Below, piece by piece: positions 50,444 through 61,230 of a stretch of 64,000 nt of DNA. The notes beneath the pieces were generated by a model. The model was not told where the DNA came from. It did not search any database and saw only the letters and a program-made list of their open reading frames with translations. The translations under genes and the position numbers were made by a program. Numbering within the stretch: position 1 is the stretch's first letter; each line of letters opens with the position of its first letter. Source of the DNA: Blastocatellia bacterium. Its GTDB lineage: Bacteria; Acidobacteriota; Blastocatellia; RBC074. The stretch spans positions 4,210 to 68,209 of the forward strand of contig JANRKY010000047.1 in NCBI GenBank assembly GCA_033763135.1, in the 5' to 3' direction.

Positions 50444-50845
50444 ATGTCGAACCGAAGATTCAAGATACTTGTCGTCGAAGACGATCAAATAATGCGGATC
50501 ACGCTCACGGAGCTGTTGCGGTTGGAGGGCTTTGCGGTGGTGACGGCGCGGGACGGGGATGAGGGATATCTGCAGGCGATGGCGCACCAGCCGGATCTGG
50601 TGATCACGGATTTGAGCATGCCGATCCTGGATGGGATCGAGATGGCGCAATTGCTGCGGAAGCAGCGGGGCAAGATTGCGGGCGTGCCCATCATTGCCCT
50701 GAGCGCGAACATCAAGGACCACTATACGGGGGAGCCGACCCGGACGGGGATCGATGAGTTCATCGATAAATCCTCGAATGATCGCCAGAATCTGATGTTG
50801 ACGGTGCGAACGCTGCTCGGCGTCACGAAGGCGATTGTGGTGTAG
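50444..50845 (+). CDS. Single-domain response regulator
   Basis: ILVVEDD, TDLSMPILDG, PIIALSA motifs; RBS GGAGGAG. Confidence 0.88.
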   Translation: MSNRRFKILVVEDDQIMRITLTELLRLEGFAVVTARDGDEGYLQAMAHQPDLVITDLSMPILDGIEMAQLLRKQRGKIAGVPIIALSANIKDHYTGEPTRTGIDEFIDKSSNDRQNLMLTVRTLLGVTKAIVV

Positions 50846-51063
50846 CCGAAAAACGTCACGACTTCTGTTGTATGCCAGCGATCGAAGTCGTGACGGGAAT
50901 TTGATTCTCCCGCTGGACGATCCCTCCGCGCCTTACTACAATCTCGCCTCGAAACAATTCCTTTAGAAAACAAGCCTGGATCGGCTCGCGTTTGCTGCGA
51001 GCGGAAATCGCCAGAGGATCGTTCGCGCGGATGCGGGCGTCGCCTCATCAGGAAGAGGGTGCG

Positions 51064-53985
51064 GTGTCGACGACGAGTGACAATCGGAGCGGGTGGGGCT
51101 CGCGCGTTGGTGCGGGGGTGGGGTTGCTGTCGATTCCGATCCTCTATTTTTATCCGGCGGTGCGAGGAGCGGTGATGCTGGCGCCGGGCGATGGGTGGAC
51201 GCAGATCATCGGCATTCGGGTGTTGATCGGGCAGATGTTGCGGGAAGGGCAGTTGCCGTTGTGGAATCCGTATATTTTCAGCGGGATGCCGTTGCTGGCG
51301 AGCATTCAGCCGGGAGCGCTCTATCCGCCGACGTGGCTCTTTGCGGTGTTGTCGCCGCAGCCGGCGATGAACTGGATGGTGATCACGACGTTCCATCTGG
51401 CGCTGTTCGGGACGTATCTGTACGCGCGGCGGATCGGCGCCGACCGGGTGGGCGCGCTGGCGGGGGGGATTGCGTTCGCGTTTGGCGGTTACATGGTCGC
51501 GCACGTGGGGCATACGAACCGGATTGCGGCGGCGGCGTGGTTGCCCTGGATTCTGCTGGCGATCGAGGCGCTGTCGCAGCGGCTGCGGTGGCGGTGGGTT
51601 GCGCTGGGCGCGGGCTTCATCGCGATGCAGCTGCTGGCGGGCGAGCCGCAGATGAGCCTCTACACGGGGATGGTGGCCGGGGCCTATGCCGTCTTCTCGC
51701 TGACGCTGCGGGAGGAGGGCGAAAGATTTCGCAGGCAGCTCTTCGGTTTTGGGGCGATGGCCGTTTGCGGCGCGCTGCTTTCGGCGGCGCAGCTGCTGCC
51801 CGATCGGGAGCTGCTGCGGCGCGGAGAGCGCGAAGCCATCAGTTATGACTATTTCTCGCTCTTCTCGTTTCCGCCGCGCCAGTTGCCGCAGTTGATCTTT
51901 CCCTATTTTTTCGGCGGGGCAGCGAAGGCGCCCTACGAGGTGACCTATTGGGGGCAGTGGAATCCGACGGAGACGGCGGGATATGTCGGCATGGCGGCGA
52001 TGATGCTCGGGCTGGTTGCGGTCTTCGCGCAGGTTGCGAGGGGGAAGCGAGATCGCCGGGTCTGGTTCTGGGCGGGGTGCGCGCTGGTCTCGCTGCTGCT
52101 GGCGTTTGGATCGAACCTGCCGTTCGGGATTCATCGGGCGTTGCATGGGGTTCCGGTCTACAAGCTGTTTCGGGCATCGGGGCGGCATCTGTTCGAGTTC
52201 GATTTTGCGCTGGCGGTCCTGGCGGCGATAGGAGCGACGATTCTTGCGCAGCAGGGGGAGCGGGCGAGCCGGGCGATTCGGGCGAGCGCATTGGCGATGA
52301 CGGGGATCGTTGTCGGGACGGCGATTCTCTATCGGTATTTTCCGGAGCGGTTGGCGATGGACCTGCCGGTGACGCCGGGGGCGGCTTCGTTCGCGAACTG
52401 GGAGGTTCGTCTGCCGGTCCTCTTTTTCGTGCTCAGTCTGGGCGCGGTGGGGTTGTATTGGCGCAGTCGAATGGGAAGCGGATGGTTGCGGGGCGGCGCG
52501 TCGGCGCTGTTGATTCTGATCTCGCTGGCGGATCTGGGGGCATTCGGGTTTTTCTATGAATGGAACAATGTGCCCGGCGATCTGGCGGCGCGGATGGGCG
52601 ATCCGCCGACGGTGCGCTGGATCAAGGAGCGCGAGCCCGATCTGAACGCGTTTCGAATCGTCAGCCATTCGCCGGAGCCGATGGGAAGCAATTACGAAGC
52701 GCTCGATTTTCCGAATGTGTCGATTGCGCGGGGGCTGCAGAGCGTCAATGGGTATGATCCGCTGGTGCTCGGTCGATATGCGGCCTTTGCGGGAAACATG
52801 AATCTCGATGGAATCATTCGAGACGGGGGCGCTTTCGACGCGCTGGATCAGTCGTTCAATCTGTTGAATGCGAAATATCTGCTGCGGGAGCGCGCGGAGC
52901 GGAGCGGGCCGCGGGAACTGGTCGAGCGGGAGGGGATTCGCTTTGGGGCGATTCCGATGAATCTGGTGCTGTCGAAGGGGAAGTCGGCGAGTCTTCGGGG
53001 GCGAGGGATGGCGACCGAACTGGGGGTGATTTCGTCGTTGGAGCGATCGCCGGCGGTTCCGAATGGGGCGGTGGTGGCGGATCTGGTGATCCGGACCGTC
53101 GATGGGCGCCTGATCGAGCGGCAGATCGTCGCGGGGCGCGATGCGTCCGAGTGGGCGTATGATCGGCCGGATGTGCGCGCGGCGATTCGGCACGACCGGG
53201 CGCGCGTGATCGAGAGCTTTGCCGATGCGGGATTCCAGGGGCATCGGTATCTTGCGCGTTTTCCCTTCGAGCGGGCCGAGATCGCGGCGGTCGAGATTCG
53301 GTATCGGCACAGCGAGGCGTCGATCAGTCTGGCCGCGGTATCGCTCTACGATGGCGTGACGGCGCAATCGCAGCCGTTGACGGAGGTCGAACTGGCGCCG
53401 AGCCGCTGGCGGATGGTCGCGACGCTGGGCGAGGTGGAGATTTACGAGAATCTCAAGCGGATGCCGCGCGCCTGGTTCGTTCGCCGCGCCGCCGTCATGC
53501 CGGGACTGGAGGTGCTGGAGACGGTTCGAAACGGCCGGCTGCCGGATGGCGCGGCCTTCGATCCGGCGGAGACGGTGCTGTTCGAGAAGGAGGATTTCGG
53601 CCGCCGGGAGGTCGTGCTTCCGCCGATCGCGGAGCCCGCCAACGCCGAGGTGAAGGTTGCGCGCTATCAGCCGCAGCGCATCGAGATCGAGACGCGCAAT
53701 GAACAGCCCGGATTTCTGGTGCTCAGCGAGATCTATTATCGCGGCTGGGATGCCTGGATCGACGGCCGGCGCGTTCCCGTCGAGAAGGTGAACTATGTGC
53801 TGCGCGGCGTCGCGGTTCCGGCCGGCGCGCATCGCATCGAGTTTGTCTTTCGTTCGCCGAGCTTCCGCAACGGCGCCGCCTATTCCGTCCTCGGCCTCGC
53901 GCTGCTGCTCGTTGGCGGCCTGTTGAGAAAGATGAGAAAGTCGAGAAAGAGGATCAACCCGAATTCGAAACCCGACGCCAGATGA
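51064..53985 (+). CDS. YfhO-family (GT-C) membrane protein
   Basis: PLWNPYIFSGMPLLA, multi-TM region, SVNGYD, LVLSEIYYRGW.AWIDG, V.VPAG.HRIEF motifs. Start uncertain. Confidence 0.85.
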   Translation: MSTTSDNRSGWGSRVGAGVGLLSIPILYFYPAVRGAVMLAPGDGWTQIIGIRVLIGQMLREGQLPLWNPYIFSGMPLLASIQPGALYPPTWLFAVLSPQPAMNWMVITTFHLALFGTYLYARRIGADRVGALAGGIAFAFGGYMVAHVGHTNRIAAAAWLPWILLAIEALSQRLRWRWVALGAGFIAMQLLAGEPQMSLYTGMVAGAYAVFSLTLREEGERFRRQLFGFGAMAVCGALLSAAQLLPDRELLRRGEREAISYDYFSLFSFPPRQLPQLIFPYFFGGAAKAPYEVTYWGQWNPTETAGYVGMAAMMLGLVAVFAQVARGKRDRRVWFWAGCALVSLLLAFGSNLPFGIHRALHGVPVYKLFRASGRHLFEFDFALAVLAAIGATILAQQGERASRAIRASALAMTGIVVGTAILYRYFPERLAMDLPVTPGAASFANWEVRLPVLFFVLSLGAVGLYWRSRMGSGWLRGGASALLILISLADLGAFGFFYEWNNVPGDLAARMGDPPTVRWIKEREPDLNAFRIVSHSPEPMGSNYEALDFPNVSIARGLQSVNGYDPLVLGRYAAFAGNMNLDGIIRDGGAFDALDQSFNLLNAKYLLRERAERSGPRELVEREGIRFGAIPMNLVLSKGKSASLRGRGMATELGVISSLERSPAVPNGAVVADLVIRTVDGRLIERQIVAGRDASEWAYDRPDVRAAIRHDRARVIESFADAGFQGHRYLARFPFERAEIAAVEIRYRHSEASISLAAVSLYDGVTAQSQPLTEVELAPSRWRMVATLGEVEIYENLKRMPRAWFVRRAAVMPGLEVLETVRNGRLPDGAAFDPAETVLFEKEDFGRREVVLPPIAEPANAEVKVARYQPQRIEIETRNEQPGFLVLSEIYYRGWDAWIDGRRVPVEKVNYVLRGVAVPAGAHRIEFVFRSPSFRNGAAYSVLGLALLLVGGLLRKMRKSRKRINPNSKPDAR

Positions 53986-56906
53986 CTTTGAAACCGAGCC
54001 CCGAGATGAATTCATTCAATGAACCGAGATTCGGCGAGGATCGCGCTTCGCGCATCGTCGTATGGGCGGCCCTGCTGCTGCTGCCGCTGCTCTATTTTCT
54101 GCCGGCGGTGCTGGGAAAGATCACGCTCGCGCCGGGCGATGGTCTGACGCAGAACATGGGCGTTCGGATTCTGATCGGGCAGATGATCGCCAACGGGCAG
54201 ATCCCGTTGTGGAATCCGTACATCTTCTCGGGGATGCCGCTGCTGGCGAGCATCTATCCGGGAGGGCTCTATCCGCCGAACTGGCTGTTTGCGATCCTCA
54301 CGCCGACGGCGGCGATGAATGCGGTGGTGATCACGACCTATCATCTGACGATGATCGGCGCGTATCTCTATGCGAGGCGCGTCGGGATCACGCGGCTGGG
54401 CGCGCTGGTGGCGGCGACGGCGTTCAGTCTGGGCGGCTATATGATCGCGCACATGGGCCACACGTCGCGGATTGCGGCGGCGGCCTGGCTGCCGTGGGTG
54501 CTGCTGGCGATCGAGCATCTTTATCACCGGCTGACGTGGCGCTGGGTGGCGCTGGGAGCGGCGGCGATCGCGCTGCAGTTGTTTGCGGGCGAGCCGCAGA
54601 TGAACTTTTATACGGTGCTGGTCTGCGGCGCGTACGGCCTCTATTCGATCACGCTGCGCGAAGCGGGCGGGCGGCGGCTGCGCTTTCTCTTCGGCGTGGG
54701 AGCGATGTCGGTGTGCGGCGTGCTGCTCTCGATGATTCAACTGCTGCCGGAGCGGGAACTGCTCAAGCTCGGCGAGCGCGCGGGCATCCCGTACGAATAT
54801 TTCGCGGGGTATTCGTTTCCGGTGGGGCACGTCTTCACGTTTCTCTTTCCGTTCTTCTTCGGCGGGGCGATGGCAAAGCCGTACCGGGTGGAGTATTGGG
54901 GGATCGAGACGATCGATGAGACGTGCGGCTATTTCGGGCTGGCGACGCTGCTGCTGGCGCTGGTCGCGATCGTCGGGGCGAACCGGCGATCGATGGCGCG
55001 TTTCTGGGGCTGCATTGCGCTCGGGTCGCTGGCGCTGGCCTTTGGGCACTATCTGCCGTTCGAGTTGAATCATGTGCTGCATCGCACGCCGGTGTACAAC
55101 CTGTTCCGCGCGTCGGGGCGCCATATGTACGAGTTCACGTTCAGCATGGCGATGCTGGCCGGGTGGGGCGTCCAGGCGTTGACGCAGACCGATCGCGCGG
55201 CGGCCCGGCGGGCGCTGCGAATCGGGAGCGCGATCTTCGCGGGGCTGGTGGTCGTGACGGCGATCGCCTATCGCTTTCTGGGGCCGGCGCTTGCGGGCGC
55301 GCCGCCGCGCGCGGCGGACGCCGGGTCGCTCGCCAATCCCGAAGCCTGGGGCGCGATTCTTTTTGCGGTCGTCAGTCTTTGCGCGGTCCACGGGTTCGCG
55401 CGGTGGCGCGGCGCGGTCTCGTCCGCGGCGCTGGTCGGGGTGCTGTTCCTCGATCTGCTGGTCTTCGGAATGGCCTTCAACTGGGGGTGGCGTCAGTTCG
55501 TTTCGAATGTCGGCCCGAAGCTGCAGGACCCGCCCGCCGTGCAGTTCATCAAGTCGCGCGAGACGGACCTCAATTCGTTTCGCATCGTCAGTTATGCCCG
55601 CCGGCCGTACGAGATCTTCGAGAAGATCAATTTTCCGAATGTCTCGATTGCGCGCGGGCTGCAGAGCGTGAACGGGTACGATGCGCTGCGGTTGCTGCGG
55701 CACGCGTCGATCTCGGGGGAGATGGGGTCGGACGGCCTGATCAGCGACGGATCGGTGTTCGGAGATCAGCATCAGGGCTTCAATCTGCAGAACGTCAAGT
55801 ACATGCTGCGGGAGCGTCCCGGCCGACCGGACAGATCGTGGACGGAGCTTCGCGATGAGACGATCGAGATCGACGGCATCCGGTTCAACAAGGAGATGCT
55901 CTATTTCAATCTCAAGCGGGGAGACCGCGTGGCGGGCGTCTTCCCGCCGATGGCGGCCGACGAGATCGCGGTCGTTACGACGATGGGAGACGCGCTGCTG
56001 GTTGCGGACGAGACGCCGGTGGCGCGCGTTCGCCTGCACACCGTGGATGGGCGCGTGATCGAGCGCGAGATTCGCGCGGGGCGCGATACGGCCGAATGGG
56101 CTTATGACCGCGCCGATTCGCGGGCGATCGTCAAGCATCGCCGGGCGCCGCTGGCGGAGTCGTGGCCCGCGGAAGGCTTCGAGGCGCATCGGTATCTCGC
56201 GCGGATGCGTTTCGACCGCGCGGAGATCGCGCGGGTCGAATTCGAGTATCTGCTGGAATCGGCGGGGCTGTCGCTTTTGCGCGCGTCGTTTCTCGACAGC
56301 GCGACGCAGCGGGCGACGCCGCTCGAACTGTTCAACTTTCAGGCGAGTCGCTGGCGCCATCTGGGGAGCTTTGGCGAGGTCGATGTTTTCGAGAACCTGC
56401 GCGCGCTGCCGCGGGCATGGTTCGTGCGCCGCGCGGTGGCGCAGTCGGCGAGCGAGGTGCTGGCGACGATTCAGTCCGGGCAATTGAAGGACGGAACGCC
56501 GTTCAATCCGGCAGAGACGGTCTTGTTCGAGAAGGAGGACTTCGGCGGGCGCGAGATCGCCTTCCCGCCGATCGGCGATCCGACGGGGGCCGAAGTGAAG
56601 ATCGAGCGGTACGAGCCGAATCGGATCGAATTGCGGACGCGCCATGGTCAGGCCGGATTTCTGGTCGTCAGCGAAGTCTATTTTCGCGGCTGGGAGGCCT
56701 GGATCGACGGCAAGCGCGTCCCGGTGGAGAAGGTCGATTATCTCTTTCGCGGCCTGGCCGTGCCGGCCGGCGAGCATCGCATCGAATTCGTCTTCCGCTC
56801 GGCGAGCTTTCGCAACGGCGCGTCCTATTCGCTGGCGGGCGTGTTGCTGCTGCTTGTCGGCGCAGGCGTCGGCCGGCGCTTGCGCCGCGCACCGGCGGCG
56901 GGATGA
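53982..56906 (+). CDS. YfhO-family membrane protein, tandem paralog
   Basis: Same motifs; collinear with the upstream gene; ATGA overlap. Confidence 0.87.
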   Translation: MTLKPSPEMNSFNEPRFGEDRASRIVVWAALLLLPLLYFLPAVLGKITLAPGDGLTQNMGVRILIGQMIANGQIPLWNPYIFSGMPLLASIYPGGLYPPNWLFAILTPTAAMNAVVITTYHLTMIGAYLYARRVGITRLGALVAATAFSLGGYMIAHMGHTSRIAAAAWLPWVLLAIEHLYHRLTWRWVALGAAAIALQLFAGEPQMNFYTVLVCGAYGLYSITLREAGGRRLRFLFGVGAMSVCGVLLSMIQLLPERELLKLGERAGIPYEYFAGYSFPVGHVFTFLFPFFFGGAMAKPYRVEYWGIETIDETCGYFGLATLLLALVAIVGANRRSMARFWGCIALGSLALAFGHYLPFELNHVLHRTPVYNLFRASGRHMYEFTFSMAMLAGWGVQALTQTDRAAARRALRIGSAIFAGLVVVTAIAYRFLGPALAGAPPRAADAGSLANPEAWGAILFAVVSLCAVHGFARWRGAVSSAALVGVLFLDLLVFGMAFNWGWRQFVSNVGPKLQDPPAVQFIKSRETDLNSFRIVSYARRPYEIFEKINFPNVSIARGLQSVNGYDALRLLRHASISGEMGSDGLISDGSVFGDQHQGFNLQNVKYMLRERPGRPDRSWTELRDETIEIDGIRFNKEMLYFNLKRGDRVAGVFPPMAADEIAVVTTMGDALLVADETPVARVRLHTVDGRVIEREIRAGRDTAEWAYDRADSRAIVKHRRAPLAESWPAEGFEAHRYLARMRFDRAEIARVEFEYLLESAGLSLLRASFLDSATQRATPLELFNFQASRWRHLGSFGEVDVFENLRALPRAWFVRRAVAQSASEVLATIQSGQLKDGTPFNPAETVLFEKEDFGGREIAFPPIGDPTGAEVKIERYEPNRIELRTRHGQAGFLVVSEVYFRGWEAWIDGKRVPVEKVDYLFRGLAVPAGEHRIEFVFRSASFRNGASYSLAGVLLLLVGAGVGRRLRRAPAAG

Positions 56907-56952
56907 AGACGTCGCGGTCGCCATCATGGCGGGTTGCTTTGCGGTCCTCTCT

Positions 56953-57996
56953 TCACCGCCAGACGCGGCGGAAAAAGTTGATGATGTGGAACGCGTCCAT
57001 GTATTTGAACGGCGTTCGTCCGATCGTGTAGTGGCCGCAGGGGAGAAAGACCTTCTCCGCGGGCACGCCGTGCCGGTCGCAGTCGTCGTGAAAAATCTCG
57101 GCGAGATCGGGCAGAAACGACAGATCGTAGCGGGCCGAGATGCAGAGCGCGGGGCGCCGCACATCGGGAAGCCGATGCGTATGCGCCGACGGGCTGATGG
57201 CGCGCCAGACCTCGCGAAGCTCTTCCAGCGACAGCTCGGGCTCCAGATTGCGCCGGATATGCGTGGTCGTCAGCGCGCGCCAGACGACGTCGCCGAACCA
57301 GCTGGAGACCATGTTGAAGACGCCCGCCTCCAATCGCGGGTCGTGAATGAACGAGAGCCACGAGACGCACGACCCGATGCTGGTTCCGACCACGCCGACG
57401 CGCCGATACCCGCGCAGAAGCAGCCAGTCGGCGGCCCGGCGGATGTCGTGCACCGATTGACGCACTGCCTGAATCGTCCGCCCGATGTTCGGACTGACCA
57501 TGAAGTCCGCCCGCGTGAAGCCATCGAGCATCCGCTCATCGTGATACGGCAGGCTCATGCGCAGCGTCGAGACGCCCGCGTAGCGGGTCAGCGCCGCGCA
57601 CAATCCGACATGGGAATCGGGCTGGGCGTTCCATTGCGGCGAGACGATCACGGCGCTGTCCGCCGCCGGCGCCGGATAATATCGCGCGTGGACCCGGTTG
57701 TTCTTCGCGTACGGCGTCGTGACGCCGCTCGGAAATCGCAGGTGATGTCCGTCGAAATCGAAGAGCGACGGATCGCTCGGCGCCGGCGTGAAGAATCTTT
57801 CGCTGTCGGCGATCGCCTCCGCGTTGAATGCCCGCAGGGCTTCGCGCGGATCGCGGCCGGCCGGCGTCTCCGCCAGAAACTCCAGCCCCCACTCGAAGGG
57901 ATGCGAGGTGCGAACATCCATATCCCGGGCGTGCAGACGCCGTTCCAAATGATGCATTAATGGACGAATCATAAGTTTTTTGTAAAAAGGACTCAT
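56953..57996 (-). CDS. Alpha/beta hydrolase (ABHD18/DUF2048-like)
   Basis: LPYHDER, GTSIG nucleophile, ARYD, PCGHY motifs. Confidence 0.8.
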   Translation of the reverse strand: MSPFYKKLMIRPLMHHLERRLHARDMDVRTSHPFEWGLEFLAETPAGRDPREALRAFNAEAIADSERFFTPAPSDPSLFDFDGHHLRFPSGVTTPYAKNNRVHARYYPAPAADSAVIVSPQWNAQPDSHVGLCAALTRYAGVSTLRMSLPYHDERMLDGFTRADFMVSPNIGRTIQAVRQSVHDIRRAADWLLLRGYRRVGVVGTSIGSCVSWLSFIHDPRLEAGVFNMVSSWFGDVVWRALTTTHIRRNLEPELSLEELREVWRAISPSAHTHRLPDVRRPALCISARYDLSFLPDLAEIFHDDCDRHGVPAEKVFLPCGHYTIGRTPFKYMDAFHIINFFRRVWR

Positions 57997-58157
57997 ATCC
58001 TACGTGCAGCGCCGCTCGGGAGCAACCCCGGAAAATTCATGCATCCTGGGGCGCCGCGGTTTCGTACCGTGGAATGAGCCCGGGCCGCTGGGCTTCAGCA
58101 CCCCCCATTCGATACAATCCGGTCGGAATTCACACGCAACGCCAGTACGAGGTCGTT

Positions 58158-59687
58158 ATGGGAAGAAAGATTCAATGGCGGAAGAGCGCGAAGCGGCGGG
58201 CGCTTCAGCGCCCGGGCGCCGTATTGCTGCTGCTCGCGCTGCTGTCGGGGCCGTTGGCGGCGCAATCGGCCGGCACGCGTTTGCAGGACGGTCATCTGCT
58301 GCGGCGCATCGGATTCGGTCCGACGCCGGCGGAACTGGAACTGCTCGGACGCATCGGCAGCTATCGCTATCTGGCGCAGCAGCTCGCTCCCGAGACGGTG
58401 GACGATTCGGCGGTGACCGCGCGGCTTGCCGCCATGCGGCCGGCGGCGGGAGACGAGATGGGCTATGTCTTCTTTCCGCAGCGCTGGTACGTGCGAATGA
58501 TCTACAGCAAGCGGCAGTTGCTGGAGAAGATGACGCTGACCTGGCACGAGCATTTCGCGACCTCCGTCGCCAAGGCGGGGATGACGCCGCTGATGATGGC
58601 CGTGCAGGAAGAGACCATGCGCCGGAACGCGCTGGGCAGCTTTCGACAGATGCTCATGGCGATCACGGTCGATCCGGCCATGCTCATCTGGCTGGACAAC
58701 AACGAGAACAATGGGCGGGGCGCGAAGGCCCCGAACGAGAACTACGCGCGCGAGCTGCTGCAGCTCTTCACGCTGGGCGTGAACGAATTGAATCCCGATG
58801 GGACGATTCGCCGCGACGCGCAGGGGCGGCCGATGCCGGCTTATGCCGAACGCGACATCAAGGAGGTGGCGCGCGCGCTGACGGGCTGGTACGTGAAATA
58901 CGACGAGACGACGAAGCTCTTTGTGCCGGCCTTCAATCCCGACTGGCACGACGGAGGGGCGAAGACCATTCTCGGGCGGCGGATTTCAGGGCGGCTCGGG
59001 GCCGACGGGGCGCGCGAAGTGGAGGAGGTCGTCGAGATTCTGATGGCGCAGCCGACGATGGCGCCCTTCATCGCCAGGATGCTGATTCAGAAATTCGCCA
59101 CCCAGACGCCCACGCCGCGGTATGTCGAGCGGGTGGCGCGGACCTTTGCGGCCACGGGCGGCGATCTGCGGGCGACGATGTTCACGCTGCTGGTAGACCG
59201 CGAATTCTGGCGGCCCGAGACGATGCGCAGCCAGCCCAAGTCGCCGATCGAGCATCTGGCCGGCATTCTGCGGGGCTTCGAGGCCGAGTCGCAGGGGCGG
59301 CTGATGGTCGAGTTCGGCTTCGCGACCCGGCATCTGGTCTATTATCCGCCCTCGGTCTTCAGCTTCTATCCGCCGGGCGAGAAGGAGGCGCTGCTCGCGA
59401 CCGACCTCGTGCTGATGCGGGATAACGCGGCGCTCGTGCTGCTCTTCACCGATCCCGGGAACGACAGCTGGGTCAATCTCAATTCCTATTTCAACCGGCA
59501 CAAGATCCGCGCCACGCCCGAGGGAATGATCGACGATATGAGCGAGCTGCTGATGCAGGCCCCGCTCGAACCCCAGGCCCGCGCGCGCATTCTCAAACTC
59601 ATCAACGATTACGGCGAGATGTCCCCGGACGTGATCAAGATCGCGCTCTGGCTGCTGATCAGCACGCCCGATTATCAGCGGAATTGA
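58158..59687 (+). CDS. DUF1800 family protein
   Basis: HLLRRIGFGP, LEKMTL.WHEHFATS, DPAMLIWLDN, NENYARELLQLFTLG, ARALTGW, KSP motifs. Confidence 0.9.
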   Translation: MGRKIQWRKSAKRRALQRPGAVLLLLALLSGPLAAQSAGTRLQDGHLLRRIGFGPTPAELELLGRIGSYRYLAQQLAPETVDDSAVTARLAAMRPAAGDEMGYVFFPQRWYVRMIYSKRQLLEKMTLTWHEHFATSVAKAGMTPLMMAVQEETMRRNALGSFRQMLMAITVDPAMLIWLDNNENNGRGAKAPNENYARELLQLFTLGVNELNPDGTIRRDAQGRPMPAYAERDIKEVARALTGWYVKYDETTKLFVPAFNPDWHDGGAKTILGRRISGRLGADGAREVEEVVEILMAQPTMAPFIARMLIQKFATQTPTPRYVERVARTFAATGGDLRATMFTLLVDREFWRPETMRSQPKSPIEHLAGILRGFEAESQGRLMVEFGFATRHLVYYPPSVFSFYPPGEKEALLATDLVLMRDNAALVLLFTDPGNDSWVNLNSYFNRHKIRATPEGMIDDMSELLMQAPLEPQARARILKLINDYGEMSPDVIKIALWLLISTPDYQRN

Positions 59688-59714
59688 GGGGAAGAGCGAC
59701 AGGCGCGACAGGAG

Positions 59715-59802
59715 CGACGCGGCGAGTAGAGGTCTGATGATGACGACGCCCAACGACAAGCAGAAATTTCGCCGCGTCGCCGCGTCGCCGCTTCGCCGTG
59801 TC
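59715..59802. repeat. GACGCGGC octamer palindrome (shorter copy)
   Basis: CGACGCGGCGA ... TCGCCGCGTCGCCGCGTCGCCGC. Confidence 0.65.
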
Positions 59803-59825
59803 GGATTTATAGACGGAGGCACTCG

Positions 59826-61055
59826 ATGAATTTCAATCGTCGCGAATTTCTGAGATCGGCGGGGGCGGCGGCGATCGCGCCCTGGCGGATGTGGAGCGGC
59901 GCGGGGAGCGCGGACGCGGTTCTGGTGGTCGTCAATCTGTATGGCGGAAATGACGGACTGAATACGGTCGTGCCGATCGGAGACGCGCAATATGCGCTCT
60001 ACGAGCGGCTGCGTCCCACATTGAAGATTCCGCGGGAACATGTGTTGCGGCTTTCGGGGCAGGATCAGCCCAACGGGCCGTACGGCTTGAATCCGGTGAT
60101 GATCGGGCTGCGCGATTTGTACGAGGCGGGGCACGCCGCGATTGTCGCGGGCGTCGGCGTTCCGCGGGATGCGGAGTCGATGTTCGATCATGCGGCGGGC
60201 GTCTATGATTTCGTCTCGGCCGATCCGTATCACCTGCATTTTCATTCGGCGCGGCCGACGGGATGGCTGGGCCGCGCGATCGACGACGCGCCCGCTGCGA
60301 GCATTCCCGTGGGGCTCGATTTCGGCGGCGGCAGCCTGCTGCTGACGGGCGCCGCGAGGCGTCCGCTTTCGCTGGGCGCGCTGTCCGAGTTTCAGCTCTA
60401 TGCGGGGGACGAGGCGCTTCGCGCCTATCGCGACATCATGGAGATTCCGCGTCCGGACGCGCCGATCGCCGAACTGAATCGGTCGCTGCGAAAGGGCGCC
60501 ATCGACAACGGCAATGTGCTGCGGGAGCGGACGCGCGGCTATCGTCCGCTGGTCGAATATCCTCGCGACAATCCGCTCGGAGACAGCCTTCGCGACATCG
60601 CCGCGGTCATCTGGGCGCGGCTCGGCGCCCGTGGATTTTCGGTCGCCCTCGGCGGATTCGACACTCACAAGAATCAGGGCGTGACCTATTTTCATCACAG
60701 CCTGCTCAAGACCTTCAGCGATGCCGTCGCGGCTTTTTACAACGATCTGCGCGCACAGGGGCTCTCGCGCAACGTCGTCATCCTGACCGTCAGCGATTTC
60801 GGACGCCGTCCCGAAGAGAATGTCGATCGCGGCACCGACCACGGCTACGCCAACTGCTGTTTTGTCATCGGAGATGCGGTGAAGAAGGGAATCTGGGGAA
60901 TCTATCCGAGCCTCGAAAGCAGCAAGCTCGTCTTCGATCAGAATCTCGATATGACGGTCGACTATCGCGCGGTCTACGCCACCATCCTCGCACGCCACTT
61001 CGACCTCGATCCACAGCCGCTGGTCGGCGTCGGGCAGACGCTCGGGTTTATGTGA
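59826..61055 (+). CDS. DUF1501 family protein, Tat-exported
   Basis: NRREFL, GGNDGLN, GGFDTH, SDFGR, GTDHG, DYRAVY motifs. Confidence 0.9.
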   Translation: MNFNRREFLRSAGAAAIAPWRMWSGAGSADAVLVVVNLYGGNDGLNTVVPIGDAQYALYERLRPTLKIPREHVLRLSGQDQPNGPYGLNPVMIGLRDLYEAGHAAIVAGVGVPRDAESMFDHAAGVYDFVSADPYHLHFHSARPTGWLGRAIDDAPAASIPVGLDFGGGSLLLTGAARRPLSLGALSEFQLYAGDEALRAYRDIMEIPRPDAPIAELNRSLRKGAIDNGNVLRERTRGYRPLVEYPRDNPLGDSLRDIAAVIWARLGARGFSVALGGFDTHKNQGVTYFHHSLLKTFSDAVAAFYNDLRAQGLSRNVVILTVSDFGRRPEENVDRGTDHGYANCCFVIGDAVKKGIWGIYPSLESSKLVFDQNLDMTVDYRAVYATILARHFDLDPQPLVGVGQTLGFM

Positions 61056-61103
61056 ATGGGGGGAGAAAAACGGAACAGAAAAGATTCGGACACAAGAGGA
61101 ATG

Positions 61104-61191
61104 GACAGGATTGACAGGATTTTTCAGGATTCACAGGATTCCGCATTGGCGAGCCATCCTGTCCATCCTGAAAAATCCTGTACACCCTGTC
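61104..61191. repeat. CAGGAT-based tandem-repeat palindrome
   Basis: GACAGGATTGACAGGATTTTTCAGGATTCACAGGAT...ATCCTGTCCATCCTGAAAAATCCTGT. Confidence 0.8.
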
Positions 61192-61230
61192 TATTCTTCG
61201 TCGTCCGAATGTTCCCGGGGCTGACTTTGT

